Below, piece by piece: positions 51,060 through 63,231 of a DNA stretch of 64,000 nt. Origin of the DNA: Callorhinchus milii (lineage: Eukaryota); the NCBI RefSeq assembly GCF_018977255.1, contig NW_024704742.1, positions 124,312,001 through 124,376,000 of the forward strand, read 5' to 3'. The notes beneath the pieces are model-generated. The model was not told where the DNA came from, ran no database searches, and saw only the letters and a list, made by a program, of their open reading frames with translations. Made by a program: the position numbers and the translations under genes. Position 1 is the first letter of the stretch. Each line of letters begins with the position of its first letter.

Positions 51060-51397
51060 ATGGATAGGTTATGCTATGATAAATTTTAGTAGCACAAGAA
51101 TTAATAACACAATGTCTCCCGACACTGGACTTCTGTAGTCTATTAAATTCTCGTTTCAGGCATCTGTTCACCATGGCTCTAAGGTGGTGGAGTTAAGCAG
51201 AGAATAGTCTCTGGAGTACGCTCTTCAGCTGCACCCCCTCAGATAACACTGATCATAGTTGCATTACTCTGCAGCCTGGGAGATCAACTTCACAATAGTT
51301 GGACCCATGTGTCTTATGAATAGGCTAGATAGAGCTTCAAAAATTGTGACTCACTCTGGAGGTGGTTGCAGACTCTGAAACTTGGATTAGAATACAT

Positions 51398-51568
51398 TAG
51401 AATATACAGCACAGAAACAGGCCATTTGTCCCAACTGGTCTATGCCGGTGTATATGCTCCACATGAGCCACCTCCTGCCCTTCCTCAACTAAGCCTTCAA
51501 GCATTAACCTTCTATTCCTTTCTCTCTCATGTACCTATCTAGCTTTCCTTAAATACATCTATGCTAAC
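51398..51568 (-). mobile_element. CR1-type 3' end or CR1-tailed SINE fragment
   Basis: TAGAATATACAGCACAGAAACAGGCCATTTGTCCCAAC...TACCTATCTAGCTTTCCTTAAATACATC, the reverse complement of a CR1-type terminus. Confidence 0.65.
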
Positions 51569-54074
51569 TTGGTAGTTAGTATATCTCTGGATCAACAAAA
51601 CTCTAATAACTTGTTTCATGAATAAATAAATGGGATTTGTTTAAATTCCCCTTGTCTGAGCGCAAGTTGGCATTTTAAGATTCATTGTTGTATTAGAATA
51701 ATACTGTGAATCTTGCTTTTGAAATAATACCTAAAGCATTAATGCCTTGAAGTATTTCACAAGTAATTACTGTGAAGGATCGTGAATGTATATTTGTGGA
51801 CAGTATACTCTAGTGTAGAGGTCTCCAACCAGTCGGTCGCGATCAACATCTTGGAGTGTCAAGAAGTAACTTGCCTGCATCAGTCCAGGCAAGTCCGCAC
51901 CAAATCAATACTTATTTCCAGTAGCTGCCTCGCCACAGTACCAATGGCCACAAATAAAGAAAAATTCAATAAAGGAAAATTGATTTGGTTGGCCAACCAT
52001 AAAATGGTTAGTGGTTTGAGGGAGAAAGCCTAACATGAAGAAAAATATGGTAGGATTTTCTGTACTCTTCTAATCCAGGCATCCTGTGCACCCAATCTAT
52101 TGAATGTGGGTAATTGAAGCATCTCAGGCATCTCGCCTTTTGTATCACTTAGCAGTTGATGGGTGAGTAACGTCACAACATCTGAAAGGGATTTCACCAT
52201 TACAATCTTTATTCCCTCTTTGTGTGATGGTACCTTCACCCAGCAATGTTGAAGATGTCATAATTTCAAAGAATGAAGATTCAATAAAGTAGGTAATCTT
52301 TCCTGTGATTTTTGCCACACTGAGATTACCATATTGAAAGCTCAAGCAGAGCAGTTTAACATTTGTGAAAATTGTTCGCATTGGCTTACAGCAGCTCCCA
52401 TTCGTCTTCCAATTAGTATAAATGTTTCTCTCAATTATATTCACCTAACTACTTAATGTATCTTTAAATCGTCAATAGCAAGTAGTCTCTGCACTTTGGG
52501 TGTTGCTGCAAGACAGAATTTTGCCCTTTTGATCACCCCGGCAGTTCCTGTTGCAGTCTTTGTAAACATAAGGCTGGGCATTTGATCTATGAACTCTCCA
52601 ATTTTAGAATGTGACAACTTGGAATTAGGTTGACACAGAACACAAGACCTGTTAGGGCACATCAATGCAGTTGTCACCAGTTTTTTTTTAAGAGGCGTGA
52701 GAAGTTCAGAAATGATTAAGAAGGGTGGTAGTTTCTGAGAAACTTCCAAGCTTTCTCAGTTAGCATCTGTATGCTATTCTGTGCACATATTAAAATAGAT
52801 GGATGTAAGAACATAATGACTGCACAACTTTAATATGACTCCCAGTGAAAATATCTGGATTCCAAACAAGGCAATAAATGTATGTTTTGGCACTTTTGAA
52901 ATTTATAGATGTGTTAGCAGACTGATATGCAGCTGGGTTGAATGAACCCATGTAAGTGGCTGTTTTCTTACAACTTTCACGTGGAAGATTAATAAATCTG
53001 TTGTTTAGGTAGTACTGAAAATACAAACCTATGTGTGATTTTTTTAAAAAAAAACTTACTGGTCTTTGTGGAGAACTTGATTGGCATGTCGAATTTTCCA
53101 GTTAATTACAATACAGTAGTATTTGACAACTTTTTGATTTGAATCTCACATCAAAAATAACAATTTTCTGCAGCATTAGTATTATTAAAAGGCTAATTCA
53201 TAAAGTTACGACAGGTCCATACTACAGGGCATTTTTTTTTGTGTCTATTTTCATTTTAATTGTTCTTGTAAATGTTTTGCTGTCAATTGAATATTTATTG
53301 AAAAAAAGTACATCTTCACCAAGCCCAGACCCCATCGTTCGCGAGCTCCAATTTGAGTGCAAATGTAGTAAGAAAAAATGCTCAGGCATGATATTACACT
53401 GGCAAGTCAATTCATAGTTTCATGGATAATGTCATGGGAATGATGGACAGGGTGCAATAAAGTTAATCTGAAAAGAAAAAAAAACGCAGCATGGCTCAAA
53501 GCACAGTGAGAACCTAACTATTCCTGGGTGCAGAAGTAGATTCCTAATTGAGGAAGACTTCAGAATAAGAAGAGGGTTTCTGGCAAATGTGAAGGAATTC
53601 CAAAGCCTGCACAGAGAGAGAGAGAAAATTCCTGGGAGGATACAGCTCAAAAGCTAAAGGCAATCTCCTAGGTGAAAAGGTCATGGAAAGACTGCTGGAA
53701 GCGTTTTAACAATGTCCGGCATAGTACAAAAGGAAAATTGGGCAAAATAAAAAGGTCAATGAAGGCCATTGGAGGGGGGGAACCAACTTGCCCCGACAAA
53801 CTAACCCAAGTAACGAGCATAGGGTTTGGGGATTATTTTGGTTAACATCACAGCTGCTTTCCTTCCTTTGGATTGGAGGCTACTGAGTTGGAAGTTGCTG
53901 ACCCGGGTTCTGAAGCAAAAGGTGAGTGATATATAAAAAAACAAGAATCTTATCTACCTCATAATCCAAATTAAAACATGCATGCCAATATTCACTTAAA
54001 TGCAATAGACGTAACTAATTTGAGAACAAAAAGGTACTATCTTGTAAGATGTCATTGTCAGGGCATAAATAGAT

Positions 54075-54360
54075 AATGCTACTTGCATTTGATATAGCAC
54101 CCTATGTTCAAATATCTCAAAGGGCTTCACACAATGGATTACTTTGAAGTGTAGAGACTTATTATGTAGAGAAATGACAGCTAATTTGTGCCAGCAACAT
54201 CCCACAAACAACAATGAGATGAATGACCAATTAATCAGTTCTTTGTATGTTTGGATGAGGGAGGGTTCACTGGAAGAAGACCTGGCTTTATATATAAAAA
54301 AGTACCAGTACCAGGATCTTTAACATTCACCTGACCTACCAGAACAGACAGACTGGTTTA
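54075..54360 (-). mobile_element. Older DeuSINE fragment
   Basis: ACTTGCATTTGATATAGCACC...CATCCCACAAACAACAATGAGATGAATGACCAATTAATC. Confidence 0.75.
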
Positions 54361-55436
54361 AGGTCTTATAGTAAAGAGTATAAGATAACTGGATTTGCTG
54401 TAGGTATTGGGCATTTTATCTTCATCGTGTAGACAATCACCCTCTGGAATGTTTTTTAAAAGCACAAAAGCATAAAAGAAAAAGTGACACTTAATAGGGG
54501 GGAGAGAAGAGGATTTTGTATTTTTTTCCCCTTCAGTTTTCTGCCCTCTTCATCTGTGCCAGGGCACAATTCTACACATGCTAACTGGCCTGTTCTGTCT
54601 CACCAAAGTGCTCCTTGCGTTGATGAGGCAGTGAGTCTTAGCAGATTATTTGGTCGATTCTTATTTGCTTTGTTCTGATTTTGAACATCATAGAAAATGT
54701 TATCGACCACATTTTTTAAACCGATCATAATTTTAAATCTTTCTATGAAGTTCCTCTTCAGTCTTCTTTCAAGAGAGGAAGGGTGAGTATTTTTTCCTCA
54801 TAGTTATTGTCTGCTGATTTAATTAAGGAACTAGTTAAATCCTACTCCTATTTTGAAGATTTTTAAAAAAAAATGTTTTAACACTGTTGAGCTCTGGAAA
54901 ATGGGTATAATTATGATTTTCAACCAAAGTAAGCTATAAGCTAAGTCATGTGATTTCACATGGTAACCTGAGTCCTGCTTTAATTTCACCCAAAAGGAGT
55001 CTGAGAGTTACAGTCAAAGTAAGGATTATCTGTCTCTTCAGAGCCTTGCACCTATTGAAGACCAGACTGAAAGTGGATCAAATGCTTCCCCCGCCCCTCT
55101 GCATTTTTGTATTAAAAAAATTGGTGAATAGAAAACGTATACATTATGTCTTTCTTACTAGCATTCAATGTCAGAATGTGATCTGAAACAATAAGATGGT
55201 TTAATAGTTGCATTATGATGGGATAAAACCTTCCACTTTTTCTCTTGGACTTGGAATTTGTAATTTCTAACCTGAGACAAGACGATGTTGCCTTGGCTGA
55301 GACCCCAAGGCAGTGCTGAGGGTGTGCCACATTGTTAAAGTTGCCATCCTTCGGATGAGACTATAAACCGAGGTCCCAACGTCTGTCTGTTGAGCTGGAT
55401 ATCAAAAAGCACAAGAAATTTCTCCAATGTCTTAGC

Positions 55437-57709
55437 AACATAGGAATTAGGAGCAGGCGTAGGCAATTCAGCCCCTCGAGCCAGCCCCGCCATTCAATAA
55501 GATCGTGGCTGATATTCTAACCTAACTCCATCTGCCCGCTTTATCCCCATATCCCTTAATCCCTCTATCCTTTAGATACCTATCAATCTCAGTCTTGAAT
55601 ATGTTCAAGGACTGAGCATCTACAGCCTTGTGGGGTAGAGAATTCCATAAATTCCACTTCACTACAACAACAACAACAAGATTTAATCTATAGAGTGCCT
55701 TTCACGTCGGGAGGACGTCCCAAGGCGCTGGACAGTTGGGTCAGGACCCGAGCAGGGGGGAAAAGGGTCAGGGTGAGGGGAGGGAAGGGAGGGAGCGAGG
55801 AGGGTGTAGAGAGTCGAGAGGGGAGCTGAAGGCTCGGTCAAAGAGAAAGGTCTTGAGGCCGGCCTTGAAGGAGGAAAGGGAGGAAGCAAGGCGAAGGCAC
55901 TGGGGGATGGAGTTCCAGAGCCTAGGGGCTGAGAGGCTGAAGGCCCGGCCACCGACGGTAGGACAGTTAGGGCGGGGAATGTGGAGCAGACTGGAGCCAG
56001 AGGAACGGAGGGTACGGGCACGTAAGTAGGGGGATAGTAGATCGGAGAGGTAGGAGGGAGCGAGGCCGTGAATGGCCTTGTAGGTGAGGATGAGGATCTT
56101 GAATTCAATCCTCTGGGGGATGGGGAGCCAGTGGAGGTGAGCGAGGGTGGGAGTGATGTGGTCGCGAAGCCTGGTGAGGGACGGTACACGAGCTGCAGAG
56201 TTCTGAATGACCTGCAGCTTGTGGAGGGAGGTGCCGGGAAGGCCGGCGAAGAGAGAGTTCCCATAGTCCAGACTTGAGGTGGTAAAGGCGTGGACCAGAG
56301 TTTCAGCAGCGTGAGGGGTGAGGTAGTGCCGTAGTCTGGCGATGTTTCGGAGGTGATGGAAGGCGGTGCCAGTTGTGGTGCTGATATGAGGAAGAAAGGA
56401 CAGCTCAGGGTCGAACAGAACGCCGAGGTTCCTGACTGGCTTTGAGAGGTGGAGAGTGCAGCCTTGGATGCTGATGCTGACAAAATGAAGACTGTGGGAG
56501 AAGTACGACCTAAACCACTCAAGGACAGGGCCTTGAAGGTTGAGGTGGGAGGACAAGCAGTGGAGGAGGATAGCGTGGTCGACCGTATCGAATGCAGCCG
56601 ATAGGTCGAGAAGGACGAGGAGGTAGAGGGAGCCCTGGTCGCAGATGGTCAAGATGTCATTGGTGACCTTGACCAGGGCTGTTTCTGTGCTATGGGCAGC
56701 ACGGAAACCCGACTGAAGGGGTTCGAATAATGAATGGGTGGAGAGGAAAGAGCGCAGCTGGGAGGCGACAACTCTTTCAAGGACCTTGGACAGGAAGGGG
56801 AGGTTGGAGATGGGCCGGTAGCTTGATAGCATCAAGGGAGGATTTTTTCAAAGTGGGAGTGATGGTGGCAGTTTTTAGGGGAATGGGAACAGAGCCAGAG
56901 GAGAGGGACAGGTTGACGATGTCTGTGATATGTGGGGCAAGGAGGTGGAGCTGGGAGATAAGGAGTGGAGTGGGGATGGGGTCAAGGGAGCAGGCGGTGG
57001 GTTTCAGGGACAGGATGAGTTTGGTGACAGAGGGTGGGGAAACGGGTTTGAAGGTGTGTAGGAGAGGATGGGTAGGAGTCGGAGTGTGGGAGGGAAGGGG
57101 TGGGGGTTGGGTGGAAGTTGGAGGGGCAGTGACTGCAGAGCGGATTCTCTTGATTTTGGATTCAAGGAAATCCAGCATCTCCTCTCAGTGAAGGTTGGAG
57201 GAGATGACCTGCGCGGGGTGGCGGGGGGGACGTAGGAGTCGGGATGTGGGACTACCCTCTGAGTGAAGAGGTGTTCGAAACTCTGTTTGAAAAGGCTGTC
57301 CCTTAATCTTAAAACTGTTACCCCTAGTTCTAGATTCTCCTACCAGGAGAAATAGTCTCACACTGTCTACTCTGTCAAACCCCATAAGAATCTTATACGT
57401 TTCTATAAGATCACCCCTAATTTTTCTATATTCTAGAGAAAAGTTTACTCAACCTATCCTCATAGGTCAACCCCCTCATCCCAGGAACTAACCTAGTGAA
57501 TCTACGCTGCACCCCCTCTAATGTGAGTATGTCCTTTCTTAAATAAGGAGACAAAACTGCACACAATATTCTCGGTGCAGTCTCACCAAGGCCCTATACA
57601 GTTGCAGCAAGACTTCCCTACTCTTGTATTCTAACCCTTTTGCAGTAAATGCCAACATGCCATTCGCCATCCTAGTTGCTTGCTGTACCTACATACTAAC
57701 TTTTTGTGA
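55437..57709 (-). mobile_element. CR1 3' fragment split by an L2 insertion (CR1 parts 55437-55665 and 57251-57709)
   Basis: Joining the two parts restores GAATTCCATAAATTC..ACTACCCTCTGAGTGAAG, collinear with the reverse complement of the CR1 at 23772-24406. Confidence 0.9.
55666..57250 (-). mobile_element. Young L2 LINE, 5'-truncated, with an internal deletion of the RT core
   Basis: ORFs 56777-57178 and 55768-56835 nearly match the copy at 4153-6125 but lack the segment with [10 protein letters not shown] and YADD. (CAA)n tail on the + strand at ~55666-55679. Confidence 0.95.
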
Positions 57710-57714
57710 CCACC

Positions 57715-58120
57715 AATCTCCAAATAAAATTGGTCATTCACATCATGCTGCTCGTGGGACCTTGTCTTGCACAAATTGGCTGGTACATTCATCCACAGAA
57801 CAAATAATCACTCAAATTTACAGTATATCCTGTCAACCACTTTGAAGCTTCTTCCCAATGTGAAAGGTGCTATACCAAAATGCAAAGCATATGATGAATA
57901 ATAATAATTTATGTTCTCTTGGGGATAATTAATCTCTGCATTTTGATACAGGGCCTCTATCGTCAGCAGGACTTCACAGGATATACTGTGTAAAGTGGAG
58001 TGATTGTGTATTTTGTATATGAACGTAGGAGCCAAGTTGCACATAACGATGACCTACAAAGAGCCACAAAGTGAATAACTGCTATTATTTGGGGCGTTGT
58101 TGGCCAGGACACTGGGGCCA
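57715..58120. mobile_element. Two old SINE 3' fragments in opposite orientation (~57715-57890 +, ~57960-58120 -)
   Basis: CGTGGGACCTTGTCTTGCACAAATTGGCTG...GTGAAAGGTGCTATACCAAAATGC, then CTTCACAGGATATACTGTG...GCCAAGTTGCACA...TTGGCCAGGACAC. Confidence 0.65.
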
Positions 58121-60966
58121 ACTCCCCCTTGATTGATTCACCAGTTAGTGTGAACAGTCTTTGTCTATTTACCCTAACAAAGCAATTCATAATTTGATCA
58201 CCCGCCAATGGTACAGCGCTATAAGATGCAAGATTCATTCATATTATGAGTTGCTCAAAACCAATACATCCACTGCAGGAACCCAGATTTGTACAAAGTC
58301 ATCTCTTTTCTCTTGTATTTACAACCTTATATATAAAATCTAGAATTCCATTTACATTTTGTAGTCTGGTCTACTTACATTTCCACCTTGAAAGACTGTT
58401 GAATCTGTATTCCTGGGTTGATGAAAAATAATGGGCAATTCAACATAATTTGATTCCCCACCCCATTGAATTTCTGATCTGTACATTGTTGACTGGAGAG
58501 ATGCCAAGTGGAGATCAGGCATCTCCCTGGAGGGAAATTAAATTTTTCTGGCAGCATCTTCACTACGATTATAGCCAGACATAGTATTGGCAGGGGCGCA
58601 GGGTATGCACACTGGCCTATTAGTGACAGAAGGTGTATGAACTCTGGGGAAAGAGGCATACCTTTGCAGGAAGCTGCTAACACAAGGAAAAAAGTGAGCA
58701 CATTTTCGGAAACATGTTAAATGTGGAAACTGCATTTTTCTATTTGGTTCTTTTTATATTATTTGTTTTGCGCCTTGGTAAAATAGTAATCTAGGTAGAT
58801 AGAGGAAATGGGGTAATGGTTTAATGCTGAAAGAAGATTTTTCAGTTCTATTTTTGCTTGGAAACCTGAGTGAAACTTAGAACCTTCTGCTGAAACTCAT
58901 TCAATCCAAAAACTGTTAAGAAGATATTCATGAAAAATACAATGAAGTTAACGATGTTTCTATTAAACACGTTTCTATTAAAGATTAAGTATTGTAGATT
59001 TTAGTTAGAAAAGCGTTTGAGAAGTTTGTACTTACGGGTTATCTTTTATTTTGTCATGTGTTTAGTTATCAATCATTTAGTTTTATATATTTGAGTACTG
59101 AAATAGACACGAGGTAACCAGGTTACCCAATGTGCACATTAGTAAGGTGCCGTAACCAGTCATATTGGTAACCAAGGCATAGCCTTATATAAGCACATTT
59201 AATTCATCCACCATTTAGCAAATCACTAAATACAAGTCAAACATAATAATGCCTTAAGGCTTGCACCTGAATATCATTAGAGATGTTTAAATAATATCCA
59301 AAAGAATTTGGCACTGAAACTATTTCAAACCAGCTTAGACAAGACTTGGTACAGGCTTTCTGAGCAGTTTAAAACTCACCTGACCGAGAGAGCAAGTTCA
59401 ATCTGCACTGCTCTGGTGCACCCTCTTTCGACTGATTCTGAGTGTAACTTTTCAATAAAAGAAGCAGTCCACCTGCCTTCCTTGCAGAGGAATGATACCT
59501 GGTAGGAGGGACGAGCGATAATTATTGAAGAACTGCATACATATGGTTATTGCATGTAACTTACTTTTGTTTTATTCCAGTATTTTTAACTGCAAAGTAC
59601 GAATGTAGTAGCTGGCAAAAGCAATGTATTTTTGACCTTGCTTGAAGTCTACCTGCTTCATTTCAGTGTGCAAAAGTAATTTATTTACTGATCATTTTTC
59701 TCTTTCTTTTGGGAGAAATGGAGGTCACAAAAAATATAACTGCGCGAAAGGTTGAAATCTGTATAAAACAATACTTCCTATGATCTGACACAAATCAAAG
59801 TGGTCTTTGAAACATGCAGCAATGTTTTGACTTTCTTTCCTAATGCTTTACTTGCCAGTTGGTGGAGATTCGTTTCGGCAGCAAGTCTAAATCTGTCTGT
59901 GTTTGAAAAGGCTGGCAGCTAATGATAACTGACAATGTTGGAGTTTATAGATTTTTGTTTTGGCATTAAAGACTTATTTTCCTCGCCAATTGAATCATTA
60001 AAAGTTGAAACTCTGTGTTGTTTTTTGTTGCTAGAAGATGCTAGAGTTTTTACTCCAATGATGACTATTCAACAACAACAACAACTTGCATTTATACAGG
60101 GCCTTTCTCTTGACTAGCGTCTCGGAGTACTTATTTCTATTATGACCTAGAAGAAATCTGCAAGGAAAAGTAAAATAATTTCTAGATTAGTAATTCAACA
60201 AATACTGGAAGTACTTTCAGGAATAAGATGATATGCAAATGTTTTGTAATTAAACAGGTAAATATATTTATTTCTTTGTCTTGCATTCTGAAACTTTTAT
60301 GTTTGTTGCAGCACTTGGTTTGTTTCATATAAACGATATAACATAAAAGGTGATTTTCTCGATATTTGGCAGAAAAATCACAGAAGTGCTCATTTTTAAA
60401 TTTATATTTATTTTGATTTATCTTTTTGCTGGTGCATTCATTTTGTTAACTGTTTCTCCAAGACAACCTACTTAAAATTGGGTGCAGGTATATGGTGAAT
60501 GTTGAGCAAAAAAACTATATCTGTGCAGCAAAAGTACTGCTTTATTCATAATTATTTGTGGCTGAATAGTTTGTTGTGCTGAATGTTTTCAACAAAAAAT
60601 AACATAATCTAAATCATATTTAATAAGAAATTATTGGATTTTTAAGTTGTCATTTTTTGTTTGATTCTGAAATCAATTATTCGCATCATTGACTTTCTAG
60701 GAACACTGCCTAATTATGTGTAACCTCATTCTAAAGCTGGTTAAAGAGAGTTCAGTTTATAAATACCAGGATAAGCATGTTGTCCTCTAGCAATCAGTGA
60801 ATAAATTGACTTGGTCCCAGCAAATCAATAACAACTGGAGAATTGTAAATTTCTGTTCATGCAATAATTGTCCTTGGATCATTGTGGTGACAGTCTGCTT
60901 CTCAAATTCATCTGCCTTTTTCCCCTTTATTGTATTTCAGAATTTTATAAAGGCTTATATAACATT

Positions 60967-61345
60967 AGTCCTGTAGCTTAGTTGTTAGAGCATTCGCCTC
61001 TCAAGCGAAAGGACCTGGGTTCGATACCCAGGCAGTGCTAAACGTTGGGCAAGTTTCCTTACTCCACACGCCTCTGTTTACCTAGCAGTAAGTAGTAACC
61101 CAGTTGTTAGTCATTGGCGGATTGCTTTTCTGGGGGTAATAATCCCTTCAAAAAAAATAATAATAATAATAATTTGGTCACTTAATCCACCACTGTTTGT
61201 GGGACACTGCTATGCGCAATTGGCTGCCACGTTTCACCCACAAAAACACAGTCAATTCACTTTACAATATATTCCATGAAGCGCTTTGAGATGTCTAGAA
61301 GCGTGATAAGGCGCAATATCAAATTCAAAGATTATTATTATTATT
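60967..61345 (+). mobile_element. Full-length long-form tRNA-headed SINE
   Basis: AGTCCTGTAGCTTAGTTGTTAGAGC, B box GGTTCGATACC, GGGCAAGTTTCCTTACTCCACACGCCTCTGTTTACCTAGCAGTAAGTAG, Deu-type body and (TTA)n. Confidence 0.92.
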
Positions 61346-61734
61346 TTTTTACATTGTCTTGCAGGAGTATACTTTGATACAATAAAATCTAAAACGTGCT
61401 GATTAGGTTTCTAACAGGTTTCTTTAACCAAGTGGGCACTCTTTCTGGTAATCAGAGGTATTTTACAGTGACTCATGGGAACTTTAATAGTAGATCCCAT
61501 AGGAGAAAGTTCCCACAAGCTACTTCTGGGTTCCTTAAATAGGAAATCCTGTTTGAAAGCACTGCTCTTTATATCCCAATATAATTTATTATATATATAT
61601 GAACATAGTCAAATATACTAATCCAGTAATGGATCACGGTTCACCCATAATTTTTTTTGATGATGGGAGGAGTGGAGGTTACTCTGCCTTGCATGAGTGC
61701 AGTTTGGAGGAACTCAAGTAATATATATAATATA

Positions 61735-61945
61735 ACAATAAATAATCCTTGCATTTGATATAGCGCCTTATCATGTCTTCGAGACATCACAACCCGCTTC
61801 ACAGAATGTACTGTAAAGTGAATTGACCTTACATTTTGTGGATGAAACGCACCAGCCAGTTGCGCACAGCAGTATCCCACAAACAGTCGTGGATTGAGTC
61901 ACTAATTATTTTTTTTCAAGGAATTATTACCCCTAAAAAGCGATC
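61735..61945 (-). mobile_element. SINE 3' half
   Basis: AATAATCCTTGCATTTGATATAGCGCC...GCGCACAGCAGTATCCCACAAACAGTCG. Confidence 0.85.
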
Positions 61946-62104
61946 CAGTAGCAGGTATATTTCTCCCCTTTCATCTGTCTTTTTATCTCCTGAAGGGCCC
62001 ATCAGTGCTTTTAAGGGGGTTTAGACGAGGGGCGGTTGAGTGTCTTACCTCCAATTGGTATGTCCCATAAGTATGTGTAAATGCAGTGGACATGTAAATA
62101 AAAC

Positions 62105-63231
62105 AGGAAGTTAAATTGTGGACTAAACTTATGAACAGTCTTTTCAAATGATCTTTGAGATAAGTTTCTGAGATCTTGCCCGATAATGGTTTCTCACAGC
62201 CGCAGTACATTGACTGTGGGATCTGTGCTACAAGGAAGTTTACTCTAGCTTTAGGCAATAAGATCATCTACATGTTGATGAATGTCTTGAGGAAAATTCT
62301 TCCTTCAGGAAGAGGGTTCAGATCGCTTGGTACTCGCTAAACTTTAGGCAGAAACCAAATGTTACTCACTCAGACCGAGACATGTACCACAGGTAGTTTG
62401 AACCACATATTTCTAATTGGGATGTGAGACAGCACCATAAAATAGAGATTGCATCATGCATCTTAACAGCAAGAGCTGTTCTTGTCTGTGCATTGAAAGC
62501 AACACTTGATTCCAAAGAATGGGCCCAGAGGGCAAGGGTATACACTTGACGGGCTAGCTAGATTGGTCATGGCCCTTCTGATATTTGAGATTTTGCCCAG
62601 AATGGAGCTGGATCTTGGGGCAGGACCAGGAACTGTTCAAAGTGCCCGTAACGATGCAGCATCATCAAAAGAAAAGTGTAGTGTCTGTGAAGATTGTGTG
62701 GGCAATGGCATTTTGACAGCCATTGCTATAGAGTATTACAAATCCACGTTAATGAGCACCTGTCAGCAATGACTGTAAAATCTCTAATTCACCTGTGTAC
62801 CACCAGTAAAGTGGGCTCGTATTCACTTGTCGCTGCTCCCATTTGATACTTGATTTTAGCATCAGAGCAATAACTAAAATCATCATAGGTAATGTATGGA
62901 ATAGACAAGCAGCTGTAAAGTATGGTAGGAGTCTGAAGTTCTGAAGATGTAGACAGAAGATATAGACAGATATAAATGACCATTTGGATTCAGTTGACAT
63001 GAGAAACTATGGTTGACTATGGTCTAAATGCAGAGGAAGTATGCAAGTTAATAAAAGGATGTTAAACTGTGGACTAAACCTATTCAAACAAACCTTGAGA
63101 AAAGTTTGATTAGTCTTACCTAGTGATAAGTTCTCACAGCCCTGTGCCTTAAAAGTTCTATAAAAATAGGTAAAGAAGGTTGTTCTAGCTTTGGGCAATG
63201 ATGTTTTCTACATATTGATGAATATCTTGAG
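62105..63231. repeat. Diverged direct repeat of ~180 bp (62105-62291 and 63056-63231)
   Basis: Shared collinear blocks GTTAAA(T/C)TGTGGACTAAAC, TTCTCACAGCC, TCTAGCTTT(A/G)GGCAAT and TCTACAT(G/A)TTGATGAAT(G/A)TCTTGAG. Confidence 0.75.
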
